From positions 1-64,000 of the IMG/VR virus record IMGVR_UViG_3300045107_000159: 64,000 nt of DNA; one strand, written 5' to 3'. Positions 47,501 to 52,087 of this stretch are shown here, in pieces. How positions within the stretch are numbered: position 1 is the first letter of the stretch; the number at the start of each line of letters is the position of its first letter. Source of the DNA: a virus. The notes under the pieces are model-generated. The model was not told the DNA's origin. It saw only the letters and a program-made list of their open reading frames with translations, and did no database searches. Position numbers and translations under genes: made by a program.

Positions 47501-49481
47501 GTACGAAAAACAGCTCTCGGCCGACGTCCGCACCTGGGGCCCGGCGATGTGGCGCGAGCTCGGCGCGCTGAAGAAGGGCGCGGGATCGATCTTCGGCGAC
47601 GTCGCCGACATGATGTATTACGGGACCACCACCCTCGGACAGAATGTCGAGATGGCGGGCGAGGTTCACAAGAAACGCATGGCGGCTAAGCAAGGCGAGC
47701 GCGAGAAGATTACCGGCGGCACGGACAAGTACGAGCTCGGGAATCGGCCGAAAATGATCCCCGGGGTCGACCAGGCGCTGATGACGGTCGGCCGCGTTCA
47801 GGGCGCCGCCGACGTTCCGTTCTTTAACGTGATGTTCGCGACGGCGCTGGCGGCCGAGGCCGACGCCACGGCGAAGAAGATCGCCCGCGAGAATCCCGAA
47901 CTCGAGTTCACGGCCGAAGAGGTGAAGGCGCTCGCGCGCGACCTGGCGCATGAGCCGTCGCCGGCGATGATCGTTCACGCCGCGGACGAGGCCAACCGGT
48001 TCAAATTGGATTATCCGACCTGGGGTTACGAGCAATTGCAAAAGTTGCGCAACTCGGAGCGCATCAAACAGGGCGGCCGCCACGTCGAGGCCGCTTGGAA
48101 GGCCGCGCTCGATTTCGTTGTTCCGTTCTCGAAAATCCCCTTGGCCGCGGTGGATATGGCGCTTTTCCGTTACAGCCCTGTCGGGTTCGGCCGCGTCGGC
48201 TCCCGCCTGGTGAAGGCGGGCAGGGAATTGAACGAGGCGAAACGGACGGCGGAGCGCCAGGGCCGCAAGCTCGGCGCGACCGAAGGCCGGCAATCGGAGG
48301 CCTTCGCGCGCGACACGGCCGAACTCTACCGCCAGGCGATCGTCGGCTCGATCTCCTGGGCGGCGCTCGGCCTCCTGGGCGCGCTCGGATACGCCTCATT
48401 CACCGGTGGCGACGACGACAAGGACAGGAAGGGCGCCGCGGCGAAAGAGGCCCTCGGCGAGAAGTACACGCCGGAAATGATCGTGGGGGATTACGCCGTC
48501 GACGTGGGCAAGCTCGGGCCGGTCGGCCAGGCCGCCGCGCTCGGCGGCCGCATCGCCGCGGCCTCCCGCCGGCGGTACGAGGAGAAGCGCGAAGATTACG
48601 AGCCGGAATCGAAGCGGCTCGACAGGACGTTCGGCGCGATCGGCAAGGGCGCGTTCTTGGACAACCCCCTCGGCCAGGGCGCGAAGGACGTTATCGACGC
48701 CTTCGATTCCGGCAGCCCGGGCGCCGGCGCCGCGAAGTTCCTCGGCGGTAAGGCCGGCGCGATCGTCCCCGGGGCGCTGCGCGACGTCGCCAAAATGACC
48801 ACACCAACGAAGGTCATGCCGGACGACAATTCCGGCCTCGGTAGGATCCGCGGCGATCTCCGCTCCGCCGTGCCGTCCCTCCGGGCGCAAATGCAACCGC
48901 GCCTCGACGCGCTCGGCCGGCCGGTCGACCAGCCGAATCCGTTCGCGTTCGTCCGTTCGCTGCGCCACAACGACCAGGTCGAAGACACTCTCCGCGTCGG
49001 CTCCGGACTTCCGAAGCCCGCGCGCGACCAGGGCGAGCCCGCGGCAGAGTACAACCGGCGGCTGCAGCGCAACGCCGGCAACCTGAACGACACAATGCGG
49101 AGCCTGCGGCGCGATCCGGAGATGCAGACGGCCTCGCCGCTCGCGCGCCGGGCGATCTATGAGCAGGCCTTCAACTCGAAACAGATGGAGCGCGCCGGCA
49201 AGCTTTCGGAAGAGTCCGTCCAGGCGGAGCGCCACATCGAGGGGTTGAAGGCCGACGCCTTCGCGGCGCTGGCCGGCTCCGCCGAGTACCAGGCGCTCAA
49301 CGAGAAGGATAAGGCGGCCGCCCGTAAGCTCATTACAGAGGAGCTGAAGCGCTACCGCGCCCGGGTGGGCAGCGTCGACAGGGCAGGGAGGCCGCGCGCC
49401 GAGAAGCCGGCCGAGATCCCTGATTGGACGCCGGGCAACTTGGCTAGGGCGGCTTTGCAAAATTTGCGGGCCGGCCGGTGA
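32589..49481 (+). CDS. giant polyvalent virion protein (5,630 aa): SLT, ART-like, 2H phosphoesterase, N6-MTase, Sno/SNF2-like helicase, HExxH peptidase
   Basis: Uninterrupted 16,893-nt frame with the catalytic signatures listed as separate domain features. The MTase-plus-helicase core resembles phage P1 DarB and plasmid methylase-helicase fusions. See the findings on two internal stretches whose coding signature is out of frame. Confidence 0.7.
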   Translation: MPFDELDDQEQSGGQTPSGGQPEQQEMTLDQFEDHYAKVFKIPKYLRQAMKEQESGADDTKALSKKGAVGRWQVMPDTAAKYGLDTNDPFDNAYAGMRYLREKYDQVDSKITEPGARWQAALAGYHGGERQINHINKTGEIAPGNDGNIETGNYADNIMRRWQQLSSGDHSTGLNKVEMGAGDTMDLGTGKITKPAPAQPATKPKDVLDGVPVDPSNPFEFRAPLAKLPAEQPSRLPGGPIRADVFAGGTPPQNLQTPQRARLERPTRQLEQPSPFDFRGPLAQVPEGMGQGPQPGATVKVDVGQPANVAPTSLRVMREDARARELARAKAPHDHSGPTWRDLPQETRNMLENPQAAAALTPDARDYLESLRAADAQAQAAYERDTDIQNAPWYPEQLANRAARGFSGTIDSSVKGLSLLHPDIENRLRQSFIMGTTEEDQQILRRRFPVDPTDDSYLAKAAEAAGSAVPFAATSAMGGFLGFPEFLIPSVMGAASNAGQTYDEAIAAGQNPDQAKRAAVIGAFIGLSEGFGVGSLGAPAEHAATHGLLRSIGDEAMEEFLQEGFSQVMNNINAKELSGYDTKRAITEGVAESALLGGLVGGGFGGAHHVVGAAAGSLADRADRQAGARAVQNEGFAPLNLTPTTMGPTQLTSLRQAAQPEYRKRLQEAAAPAQAQTQGAEAAAAAGATPAAESAPAAPLTGRARLDAAVQRLQSLQQPKKGEKPTTAQTLADLETKGQQLATFAIQRADADPDTANLALSQSIGHYQRAINTLKGSPEYQAELMSIAGGQAAETPLRDKMLELDKTLKGLQSFSERDARAEADRVKAQKEAEKKAAQDEKERKAAEVKAQREADERARVDARNKKVADAERNRAEQEAKRNAAEAQKTLDRRQAEESRIRERDEAERAKADQASTREAEGEIRRMRLFDESNAAADRAAADSRSREESGDYSGAIGALRTQQDALQTALRYLPQTPEAVKTRAAHVERIQEIANRIPDLRRRAAAAPQNLRRFPAGAGVGTENGPESRLFRSVTNPEGGVPQTESGYSPGAGFERLAEKSRGPVEDQTSLLTAIRRMGGISDDGDTSGELRRIGLKEAGTTGLARRDGHSPDTMREMLASEGYLPKDSTVSDMYDAIEGELRGRGSSRESSEEDLSRHYEEEAEREKALGDIDLRLRTGEIDQFDATRERNKLVRPQYTPAETGTEPIESYSRSPHLAGGTIELDGATYLVRNEQGDVLGANANKMAAVRNAEDRASGSGDFAINEEGRSVYAPQSEEKNVTPRLVRPTERESVPKATAENIDELRRRRDVLSRLRADRGGEMSDDLEDEYKELGAQIIPYEDSQRTPEEKRALEQAPPWADTRPWRPPTRKETLRAVETAEREVDEEIAEAVESADPEEAELLENAAQLVDGLLGRVNADVDTAELLELAIGGDADAEATLTRYAERKLNAGADAVRDLIEAGRSERERERTAERPDERPDERRDERPGAEERESESRDETGAPVAAPEERPQEPGAPSRPASAQTLDLLSVDPATVAVADFDTYLGSLEQLRNDQLVGKVELEDWANRQLRAKLKRANEVRVKLRKEGKLGPKNPPRQGKQKQLKKDELGRRLMAEQGLGARLEEAIAGYGRGLVSISDLRSQFPDVGKEAFDREIGKLHDQQRVALHEHDWPAGMTEDARNALVERPARDARTGQPGKAYYNGVTLREGVKPGEEVKPKEGPTLYHGSHEALTALGVRTPKTFDSFGTWFTSDPELAGHYGANVYESKLPADLNLIEYEGNGQTGDPTADINRKILASPDVARRSGFEKEAAILEKTQPDTPRLNELTRKLEHSGQPLTPAEQKELRQLREAADASRTLGKSQRYMQTLRQQTEAAGYDGIVWRNVMYDVSDRPHDVYVIFNKEDLPVTKRQAAAPKAKPVEAAKPAAAAEMTPEEMIAEDERREVARVKRIDDFINDHNETPFQAPLRDGKSLIVHRSVKPEYKDKWQVTWLDKDGEPFRDTAFKDFRETLDELTRFYGLDLDQASVAPAAQAQPQASAPAEFGAENKVFTRDRADKARDLLKKKFAEMSRQTNAGVPIDPEMIQAGVDLVGYYVEGGARTFADLTKRIIGDLGESARPYVKSWYLAVRNYPGFDKSGMESEADLDRLESGEEQPTLTHRDPELDRKPILAETKDGRKIVANPANESGVSVVKDRSEDMGGYSSSSTQVDLPKDIADQVVAFGKKIPDSALTGDGREKRPHVTILYGLHGFDPKFVQAALEGERPVKVTFGKVSLFENDERDVVKVDVTSPDLHRLYAKVLKSQPNTQTFPEYKPHATIAYVRKGQGAKYVGDNFLEGKSITLDKVVFSGRDGEETEIQLNGKPAEQLDETQAAEPVEAPAEQPAARDYGTPAEPNIPDLAAAFSEKFAKGEGFRTTAEARAYAAELLGGEVGAGSPAAKQIDEAVELGAVRAGRDLAAKGLSSAETYAGMLKILDAQPTLNERTSTSIANQAFSTPVPLAFAAQQLAGVDEKTTVYEPTAGNGALVMAAKPENITANELNPERAANLRESIDAAEVSNADATQFDPGKKFDVVIANPPFGPVRTENGSKRFQTPFGETTEIDHAIAFKALESMKDDGSAVLIVGGISPLAKSEEARSDAYNTSAKRRFYFYLYQNYNVVDHFTAAGSMYKKQGAGWPVDVIVIKGRGKSGLELPAVEVPRIISNYDELGNLIENPRQPAARPASNRVLESGERGARSDQGGGRHADQPRGLRRPSVSTAGGEAQAGGKSGASPGGRPRTTPKLVREPNLFEDADRVDSGKPADTGETQLPAREPAQGLPDETRSGPAAAAGGLRTDQSAPVGGRTDVGARRTPVVAETESHSPYKPLSKANSLNVAVPRNMSGATEKALSDFEERHGSPDEYLAEKLGYDVKDIPKYFGAEQVDAVALAVSNIEAGKGFVIGDQTGIGKGRTNAAIIRYAIKNGKTPIFVTQKPALYADMIRDLSDIGMPNARVLITNGGESIPLNDAGTEWMQAVKDAKDKDQKAPPKPSDAKVFRAKPDHDQMLERLAQSGKLAGYDVVFTTYDQMNPQGGKFDRPRHGAVSRLGDGGVVILDESHTAGGTEPGARSNPNQQTRSKFFRQLVNKAGSVFYSSATYAKRPDVMDLYSKTDLGQLGGNKTSLADLFHRGGVALQQVVASKLAEAGQYLRRERTFDGIRYDPQVVKVEKEQAEHVSRAMAVIAAFDEAKKGAIKALDKEAKREGKSLSGDGSTGSAGADSTNFTSLMHNVVDQMLLGLKAEPAAQQAIEAIKRGEKPVLTVSNTMESFLKEAGLSPGDPVDLSFRDILLRYLNRSRDVTIRDRDGKRSRRPLSDDELARGGALSAFEAAEDFIRDADFADIPISPIDYVRQKIQAAGYSVDEITGRGTQVDYTGKMPILKARSSADTKVAGRRRVIQQFNNGKLDALILNQAGSTGISLHASEKVEDKNVRHMIIWQPEKNIDTHMQMLGRVNRTGQVVVPRYTQMIADVPAEKRPAAVLLKKMASLNANTTASRKSAVQTEGVTDFMNELGDEVIARLMATEGDIHRKLGSPLDYDGDSMASAEAARRVTGRIPLLPIAEQEALYDRIEQEYKDYLEQRDAMGDNPLEAKTMDFRAETLKKDLLVEGTPGSPFSEPAYLERVKIQVPVKPYTQAEVMGMLRDNLGLGESAELGELQQAGKRQVKELRDQVRARVDDFKDNMASEYDSDATLQAQRQKADQTFLRWNAIANLVTPGSTVTVETPSGSVSGVVISLQERGKPKNPAAFGAWQARLAVLDGRELRFSFNDLVDKGGQPRVKFTDEVQRFNQETGLFEYRPMLPEFDDSQGLKKQTRYMVTGNIVSGYSKIPKGQILNYTDADGVVRQGVLMPANFDADKAMQEMPVEFKSADHVLQFIDKSGAVTLSDPQPAFRISRGKNGKVLMAASGQKANAGKIILSPALRDMGIEFSGNRTRMTAQMDQETARRAIWGILSGEVTGEPETLQAENLRDVAKGIVSSGSGPARERSRDWQTKSVAMAESLADIAENTRIRVPKSPSRANMIYGNEQAHAWVDKADTRIHGVREPFNGMNLSKQEAKQMAEEIRREKYWWRDEAPDVKRRADAAIDKLADAFDNAADKFDRVIYVRAQGRGFRNLRGTVYHELTHNAERTYRSVKGWFAAQPVFEKIKAALEDKGYKPHEMISESVAHILGGQRRQLGLSLKEAVDYLDSYFANISFANGRESVNSFNPMNAAPEMRQALREAKEKHGPREPVRIDEEAIQRAIRRRSGGDGESGERDRPLRRPQPGEGGLADAGQRRLERPTGVARERVAADEDDELTPHEKLVEDFGKDRDYISDFFYDDLPGKFDPKKLITDQSRAIWDAYHKRLSDFVEDFSGQPAKMAAQIKAAQAELSQGESEYQRLNDRYYALPEDSAEEAEVMEKMEALEASNAQLEEKIDYLQDEHGYLKNDVREFKRLVERNTRYDEADIESDLGREANHKIFQIENERDDAMRKALSDLQNPPASKPDFVVEAEQRLREAAAGQLAGSGTRQLADLAIVTGWRVYEKGMSFAQWAREVVANHGDKIRPYLQGAWRKVRSAKADQKVGRSIERLSDEYDSLTDRQGDLRKAMFGHADAVEAATNERYSIDEDVRRLNEQLKNSVANTRAAQAAIRRLAIDSESPEITKEKARLDRQIVEGRKNIERLKARLDRIRDERDHIGDELETFEAWDQPRLDPKMEDWAKRVSEIRKERHAEQAKKRPPGTYMGAGFGSLQALFDSKPAPKTTPLREVVNKLGHEPLGVDPAQVAKATQEQFIEALSKGKNGTLPGARAQYWAEKLGAKKTADRLAEKQAKFIEDGVDLVAKIADATERMAKAQRGSAEYEKAKSDQDRARIKLANQFSKAGEYTHPFDYAAKAYKASLLSALHIPYFNIVAQVAQFPFHEAQKAADWLVPQSVFKKWGIPYEKQLSADVRTWGPAMWRELGALKKGAGSIFGDVADMMYYGTTTLGQNVEMAGEVHKKRMAAKQGEREKITGGTDKYELGNRPKMIPGVDQALMTVGRVQGAADVPFFNVMFATALAAEADATAKKIARENPELEFTAEEVKALARDLAHEPSPAMIVHAADEANRFKLDYPTWGYEQLQKLRNSERIKQGGRHVEAAWKAALDFVVPFSKIPLAAVDMALFRYSPVGFGRVGSRLVKAGRELNEAKRTAERQGRKLGATEGRQSEAFARDTAELYRQAIVGSISWAALGLLGALGYASFTGGDDDKDRKGAAAKEALGEKYTPEMIVGDYAVDVGKLGPVGQAAALGGRIAAASRRRYEEKREDYEPESKRLDRTFGAIGKGAFLDNPLGQGAKDVIDAFDSGSPGAGAAKFLGGKAGAIVPGALRDVAKMTTPTKVMPDDNSGLGRIRGDLRSAVPSLRAQMQPRLDALGRPVDQPNPFAFVRSLRHNDQVEDTLRVGSGLPKPARDQGEPAAEYNRRLQRNAGNLNDTMRSLRRDPEMQTASPLARRAIYEQAFNSKQMERAGKLSEESVQAERHIEGLKADAFAALAGSAEYQALNEKDKAAARKLITEELKRYRARVGSVDRAGRPRAEKPAEIPDWTPGNLARAALQNLRAGR
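32691..33083 (+). other. lytic transglycosylase (SLT) domain of giant ORF
   Basis: KEQESGADDTKALSKKGAVGRWQVMPDTAAKYGL ... AYAGMRYL ... LAGYHGG matches the ES ... GLMQ ... AYNAG pattern of the SLT family. Confidence 0.75.
33344..33354 (+). repeat. dispersed dyad 11-mer GCAAAATTTGC, copy 4
   Basis: Exact match. Read as PQNLQT. Confidence 0.9.
35612..35622 (+). repeat. dispersed dyad 11-mer GCAAAATTTGC, copy 5
   Basis: Exact match. Read as PQNLRR. Confidence 0.9.
37761..38320 (+). other. ADP-ribosyltransferase-like (ART-PolyVal-type) domain, tentative
   Basis: GPTLYHGS (YHGS at 37773-37784) ... FGTWFTSDPELAGHYG ... VYESKL ... GYDGIVWRNV ... DVYVIF. This is an H...[FY]-x-[ST]...E-like arrangement seen in ART domains of polyvalent proteins. 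My recognition is weak. Confidence 0.35.
39205..39690 (+). other. 2H phosphoesterase (LigT / 2-prime-5-prime RNA ligase-like) domain
   Basis: Two H-x-T motifs in hydrophobic context at the typical ~75-aa spacing: RPHVTILYG (HVT at 39324-39332) and KPHATIAYV (HAT at 39549-39557). Confidence 0.65.
39990..40710 (+). other. N6-adenine DNA methyltransferase domain
   Basis: SAM-binding motif I VYEPTAGNGAL (~40149-40178) and catalytic motif IV NPPF (40332-40343, in DVVIANPPFG). Confidence 0.8.
40720..41172 (+). CDS. embedded +1-frame coding-like segment (150-aa ORF) inside giant ORF
   Basis: Hand-counted GC3 is ~77% in this frame versus ~41% in the giant-ORF frame over the same nucleotides. The translated peptide is globular-looking (W, Y, C and amphipathic helices), whereas the giant frame here reads R/G/P/A-rich. 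The +1 frame is open from 40654. No good SD precedes ATG 40720. Confidence 0.4.
   Translation: MTNSAILSRTPASQPQGRPQIVYWSPGNAELGVIKAAVDMPISHADYVDLLCQRLEERLKREENPEQVLADAREQLRSSFGSLTYLKTPTEWILENPQIQERLNSLRVSPPKGFRMKPGPDQQRLREAYEQTSLLQWVDELTWGLDEHLS
41330..43230 (+). other. Sno (strawberry-notch)/SNF2-like helicase domain
   Basis: Motif I GDQTGIGKGRT (41430-41462), DExH box VILDESH (DESH at 41889-41900), C-terminal lobe LILNQAGSTGISLHA, and motif VI QMLGRVNRTGQ. Confidence 0.8.
45084..45098 (+). other. HExxH zinc-metallopeptidase motif of giant ORF
   Basis: RGTVYHELTHNAE (HELTH), with a downstream E/H (ESVAHILGG). Matches metallopeptidase modules of polyvalent proteins. Confidence 0.55.
45403..45618 (+). 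CDS. embedded +1-frame coding-like segment (71-aa ORF) inside giant ORF
   Basis: AAGGAG (45393-45398) lies 4 nt upstream of the ATG. Hand-counted GC3 is ~81% in this frame versus ~38% in the giant-ORF frame. The peptide is acidic and helical-looking, while the giant frame reads R/G/E-rich. Confidence 0.4.
   Translation: MGQENQLELMKRRFSERYGDAPEATENPESGTDLYDDLSQAKEAWQTRGKDGLKDLLESRENESRPTKTTS
49457..49467 (+). repeat. dispersed dyad 11-mer GCAAAATTTGC, copy 6
   Basis: Exact match 12 nt before the giant-ORF stop. Read as LQNLRA. Confidence 0.9.
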
Positions 49482-49502
49482 GGGGGTCTGCGCTACATAT
49501 GG

Positions 49503-49553
49503 TGGACCACTTTTGGGAATAGTCCATGGACTTGTCCAAAAAGTGGTCCATTT
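49503..49553 (+). terminator. long nested palindrome / terminator-like hairpin after giant ORF
   Basis: TGGACCACTTTTGG (49503-49516) pairs with CCAAAAAGTGGTCCA (49536-49550), giving 14 bp with one bulge. It encloses the 12-bp palindrome AGTCCATGGACT (49521-49532) and is followed by TTTGATT. Begins 22 nt after the stop. Confidence 0.5.
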
Positions 49554-49611
49554 GATTAAAGCCTGTCTCGCGTTTCGCTGCTCGTTACGTAGATAAAACG
49601 CTGATTTATTC

Positions 49612-49642
49612 TTAGCACAAGGGCGGGGATTGCTGGTATACT
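49612..49642 (+). promoter_or_regulatory. sigma70-like promoter with extended -10 (candidate)
   Basis: TTAGCA (49612-49617), a 19-nt spacer, then TGGTATACT (extended -10, with TATACT at 49637-49642). The host sigma specificity is unknown. Confidence 0.35.
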
Positions 49643-49648
49643 CCGCTC

Positions 49649-49767
49649 AATTGGCGGCGGTAAATTCTGAATGGCTGAGGACGCCGCCGAATCGACGTTA
49701 GGAAACTGACGTCTGGCGTTTAACGAGCAAAAAGGCCGACCGGAACAGCGTCCCGGTCGGCCTTTTT
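49649..49767 (+). ncRNA. candidate ~120-nt small RNA (promoter, two hairpins, intrinsic terminator)
   Basis: No credible ORF. Hairpin 1: TTGGCGGCG (49651-49659) with CGCCGCCGA (49682-49690), 21-nt loop. Hairpin 2: GACGTTA (49694-49700) with TGACGTC (49707-49713). Ends in the GC-rich terminator 49734-49767. Confidence 0.35.
49729..49767. terminator. bidirectional intrinsic terminator between convergent arms
   Basis: AAAAA, then GGCCGACCGG (49734-49743), a 9-nt loop, CCGGTCGGCC (49753-49762), then TTTTT. The A-run and T-run allow function on both strands. Lies 20 nt beyond the stop of the minus-strand gene at 49787. Confidence 0.8.
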
Positions 49768-49786
49768 GCTTACTTATCGACCGCGC

Positions 49787-50755
49787 TTAGGCGCAGAGCG
49801 TAAAGTCCGGATGCCACACCCTCAACTGACAGCAAGGGCAGGGGTCACTCGTGTTTATATTTCCGCCGATCGTGTGATAGCACGTGTCCGACATTTGGAC
49901 GCGATTCCAACCCTCAGTGTCTCCGTTCAGAATCGGCTTACCGTATGCGCACCCTACGCATTCAGGGATGGCGGGCATTGTGGCCGGCGGGACCACCGTT
50001 CCATCAGTGCATAGAACGGGTGTGCTGAGTGGCTGCGGGTACTCGGGAATTTTCCAGCATTGCGGACTCGGGACATAGCTGGCTTTCAGCATCGTCGCGG
50101 AGCCGTTGGCGCGCGCTTGCTTCTTGAATAGGTACGGCCTTGCCGGGTCTGCGGCCCAACCGTTTGCCGTCCGTATCGCGAAGCCTGGCGCGGACCACCC
50201 TTTATCGATGTCCTCAAAGACCACTACCCCTAGTGAAATTCTCCCCCTCGCTGGAAGCGTCGCTTGATGCTGGTTGTGAATGTGTTTTATGAACCGTTCG
50301 TAGAGATCCGGCTTGTTCTGATTGAACCCGAACATCGCTACGGCGCCGGGCGCCAGCGCGACGTCGGGGGCCTGGTCGTCGAAGGGCGTTCTGGAGTTGA
50401 AATAATCTCGTCCATATCGCATTTCCACCCGGCGAATCCCGATCCGCTCATCCCCGGTGGGGAGGTCCAGATTAAGCACGACCTGTTTAATCGTTTCAGT
50501 CGATACGTTCTTAATCATTACCCTGAGTTCCGGCAACCAGTGCTCGCCGGCCGGAAAATCCTCGCCTGACTTTACCTCTTTCGACCCCATATAGAGTCCC
50601 GTGATTTTTATGGGCTCTTTGTCCTGGAAGGCCTCCTTAAAGTCTTCGATTCTGATGTTTCCGCCCGCGGGCGTCTGTTTCGCGTAATGCGCGCGCGCGA
50701 CGCCTATAGAGCACAGCAGGATCGCGGCGAAACTGATGAAGATGGTTTTTTTCAT
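49787..50755 (-). CDS. secreted Cys-rich protein, 322 aa (accessory / lysogenic-conversion candidate)
   Basis: Internal ATG at 50755 with AAGGAA upstream gives the signal peptide MKKTIFISFAAILLCSIGVARA. The C-terminal ~90 aa carry about 10 Cys. GC is lower than in the late block. Confidence 0.6.
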   Translation of the reverse strand: MKKTIFISFAAILLCSIGVARAHYAKQTPAGGNIRIEDFKEAFQDKEPIKITGLYMGSKEVKSGEDFPAGEHWLPELRVMIKNVSTETIKQVVLNLDLPTGDERIGIRRVEMRYGRDYFNSRTPFDDQAPDVALAPGAVAMFGFNQNKPDLYERFIKHIHNQHQATLPARGRISLGVVVFEDIDKGWSAPGFAIRTANGWAADPARPYLFKKQARANGSATMLKASYVPSPQCWKIPEYPQPLSTPVLCTDGTVVPPATMPAIPECVGCAYGKPILNGDTEGWNRVQMSDTCYHTIGGNINTSDPCPCCQLRVWHPDFTLCA

Positions 50756-51054
50756 GGATTCCTTTTCGTGGTTAAGGGAGACGAACCTCCGGCGACTGAT
50801 TTGGCTCCGGCATGCTATCAGAGACCCGTGTGAACTCATGTGTTCCCCACCCGGGCCCGTTTGTCGGGGCGTCACAAAGGAGCGGGAGATTCTCCGGTTG
50901 AGGTTTGGCAGCGCATATACTAGCGCCGCAGACTCGGACATGCCAGCGTCGGGGCTCGAACCCGGCTAAAAACGCCTCCGGTCCGCGCGTCGGGTAGCTA
51001 AGGCCTGGTCATGACTCAGGCGCGCCGGCGCGCGTGGCGCTATGCTGGCGCAGG

Positions 51055-51414
51055 CTATTCGACAGGGAAGCCGAGCGCCTTGCGCGCGTTGAGACACTTT
51101 TCCCCGCCCGGCTCGAACGCCCGGCAGGTTTCGGGGCGGTACTCGTAAATCGAACAGCGGCAATCCCCGATTTGCCCTTCGAGCGCCTTGCACTGGTATC
51201 GGTCGCCGACCTTGCGGCCGCGCAGCCAACGGTCAAAGTCGATATCGAGGTCGTACTCCACGACCAGGCCGCGGCGGATCTTGACCGGAATCTGGTCGAC
51301 CCGGTCGTTGTTGATAAACAGCCCCTTGCCTCTGCGACCGATGTCGATTAGCTCCTCGGTGAAGAAGTAAGAGCAGCAGGCGCCACACTTGGTGCAGTCG
51401 TCATTCGTAATCAT
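51055..51414 (-). CDS. YkgJ-family Cys-cluster (CxxCxxCC Zn/Fe-chelating) protein
   Basis: CTKCGACCS near the N-terminus and C-terminal CKALEGQIGDCRCSIYEYRPETCRAF match the YkgJ/UPF0153 pattern. GGAGGAG RBS. Confidence 0.65.
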   Translation of the reverse strand: MITNDDCTKCGACCSYFFTEELIDIGRRGKGLFINNDRVDQIPVKIRRGLVVEYDLDIDFDRWLRGRKVGDRYQCKALEGQIGDCRCSIYEYRPETCRAFEPGGEKCLNARKALGFPVE

Positions 51415-51426
51415 TCGATTCTCCTC

Positions 51427-51696
51427 CTAGCACTCCCTCATTGCCCTTACTTTCGCGAGGACCTTCCGCACGAAACTCTCGGCCTCCGGGTGAGCCAAGA
51501 AGCCGCGCTGGCAGTCTTTTGAGCAAACGACGATCATGGCGGAGTCTCCGCTTCCGTCGTTTAGGGCGATGTCGGCCGACCGCCAGCCCTCTGCCTTTGC
51601 CTCGATGGCGCAGTTGGCGCATTTCAGCGTCGGCGCGTCCCCTTCAATCTTGTTGAACACCAAATGATTCAGTTTGAATCTCTTCACTCCGTCCAT
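51427..51696 (-). CDS. small Cys-containing protein, 89 aa
   Basis: ATG ORF with CANC ... CSKDC (Zn-ribbon-like). Tightly linked to the YkgJ-like gene. Confidence 0.45.
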   Translation of the reverse strand: MDGVKRFKLNHLVFNKIEGDAPTLKCANCAIEAKAEGWRSADIALNDGSGDSAMIVVCSKDCQRGFLAHPEAESFVRKVLAKVRAMREC

Positions 51697-52087
51697 ATCT
51701 TGAGCTCCTGGGTTTTTGCCTTTGTTGCTGGTCTTTTTCGTACAACTCCATTAAGTCGTTGATGGCGTCGACGCAGCGCGTCTTATTGACAGGCGCCTGT
51801 GTGATTCGCGTTATCGACTCCGCCGGCAGCTTCGCGAGAAGGCCGGACTTATAGAGCACTATCCAGCGCAACTCGCGGCAGTAGTTGGCGTCAGCCTCTT
51901 CCATGAATTTGCCCGTGAGAGCCTTTTCGGCTCTTAGTTCGCGTTGCCATTTCAGCGCGAGATAGCCGGAGGTCACCGAACTGACCGAGGCGCACATAAA
52001 AAGCGCTAGAAAGAAACGATCCCAATTCAACTTGCTCCTCCTTTTGAGTTTGTTGACCCTCTCGGGCGTGGGTGGTAGCTTATACAT
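51644..52087 (-). CDS. single-pass membrane protein, 147 aa
   Basis: TM segment FFLALFMCASVSSVTSGYLAL. The 3' end overlaps the next ORF by 53 nt. Confidence 0.45.
   Translation of the reverse strand: MYKLPPTPERVNKLKRRSKLNWDRFFLALFMCASVSSVTSGYLALKWQRELRAEKALTGKFMEEADANYCRELRWIVLYKSGLLAKLPAESITRITQAPVNKTRCVDAINDLMELYEKDQQQRQKPRSSRYGRSEEIQTESFGVQQD

Noticed and set aside
49671-49709. 12-codon mini-ORF (MAEDAAESTLGN) inside the candidate sRNA.
   Set aside because: It has no SD, it lies within predicted stems, and it is too short to support.
49482-49786. Searched the convergent spacer, and the spacers at 55.3-55.7, 57.7-58.0 and 59.1-59.45 kb, for tRNA or tmRNA genes or fragments.
   Set aside because: I could not build a cloverleaf with a T-loop GTTCRANYC context. 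GGTTCAACG at ~55419 lacks complementary stems.
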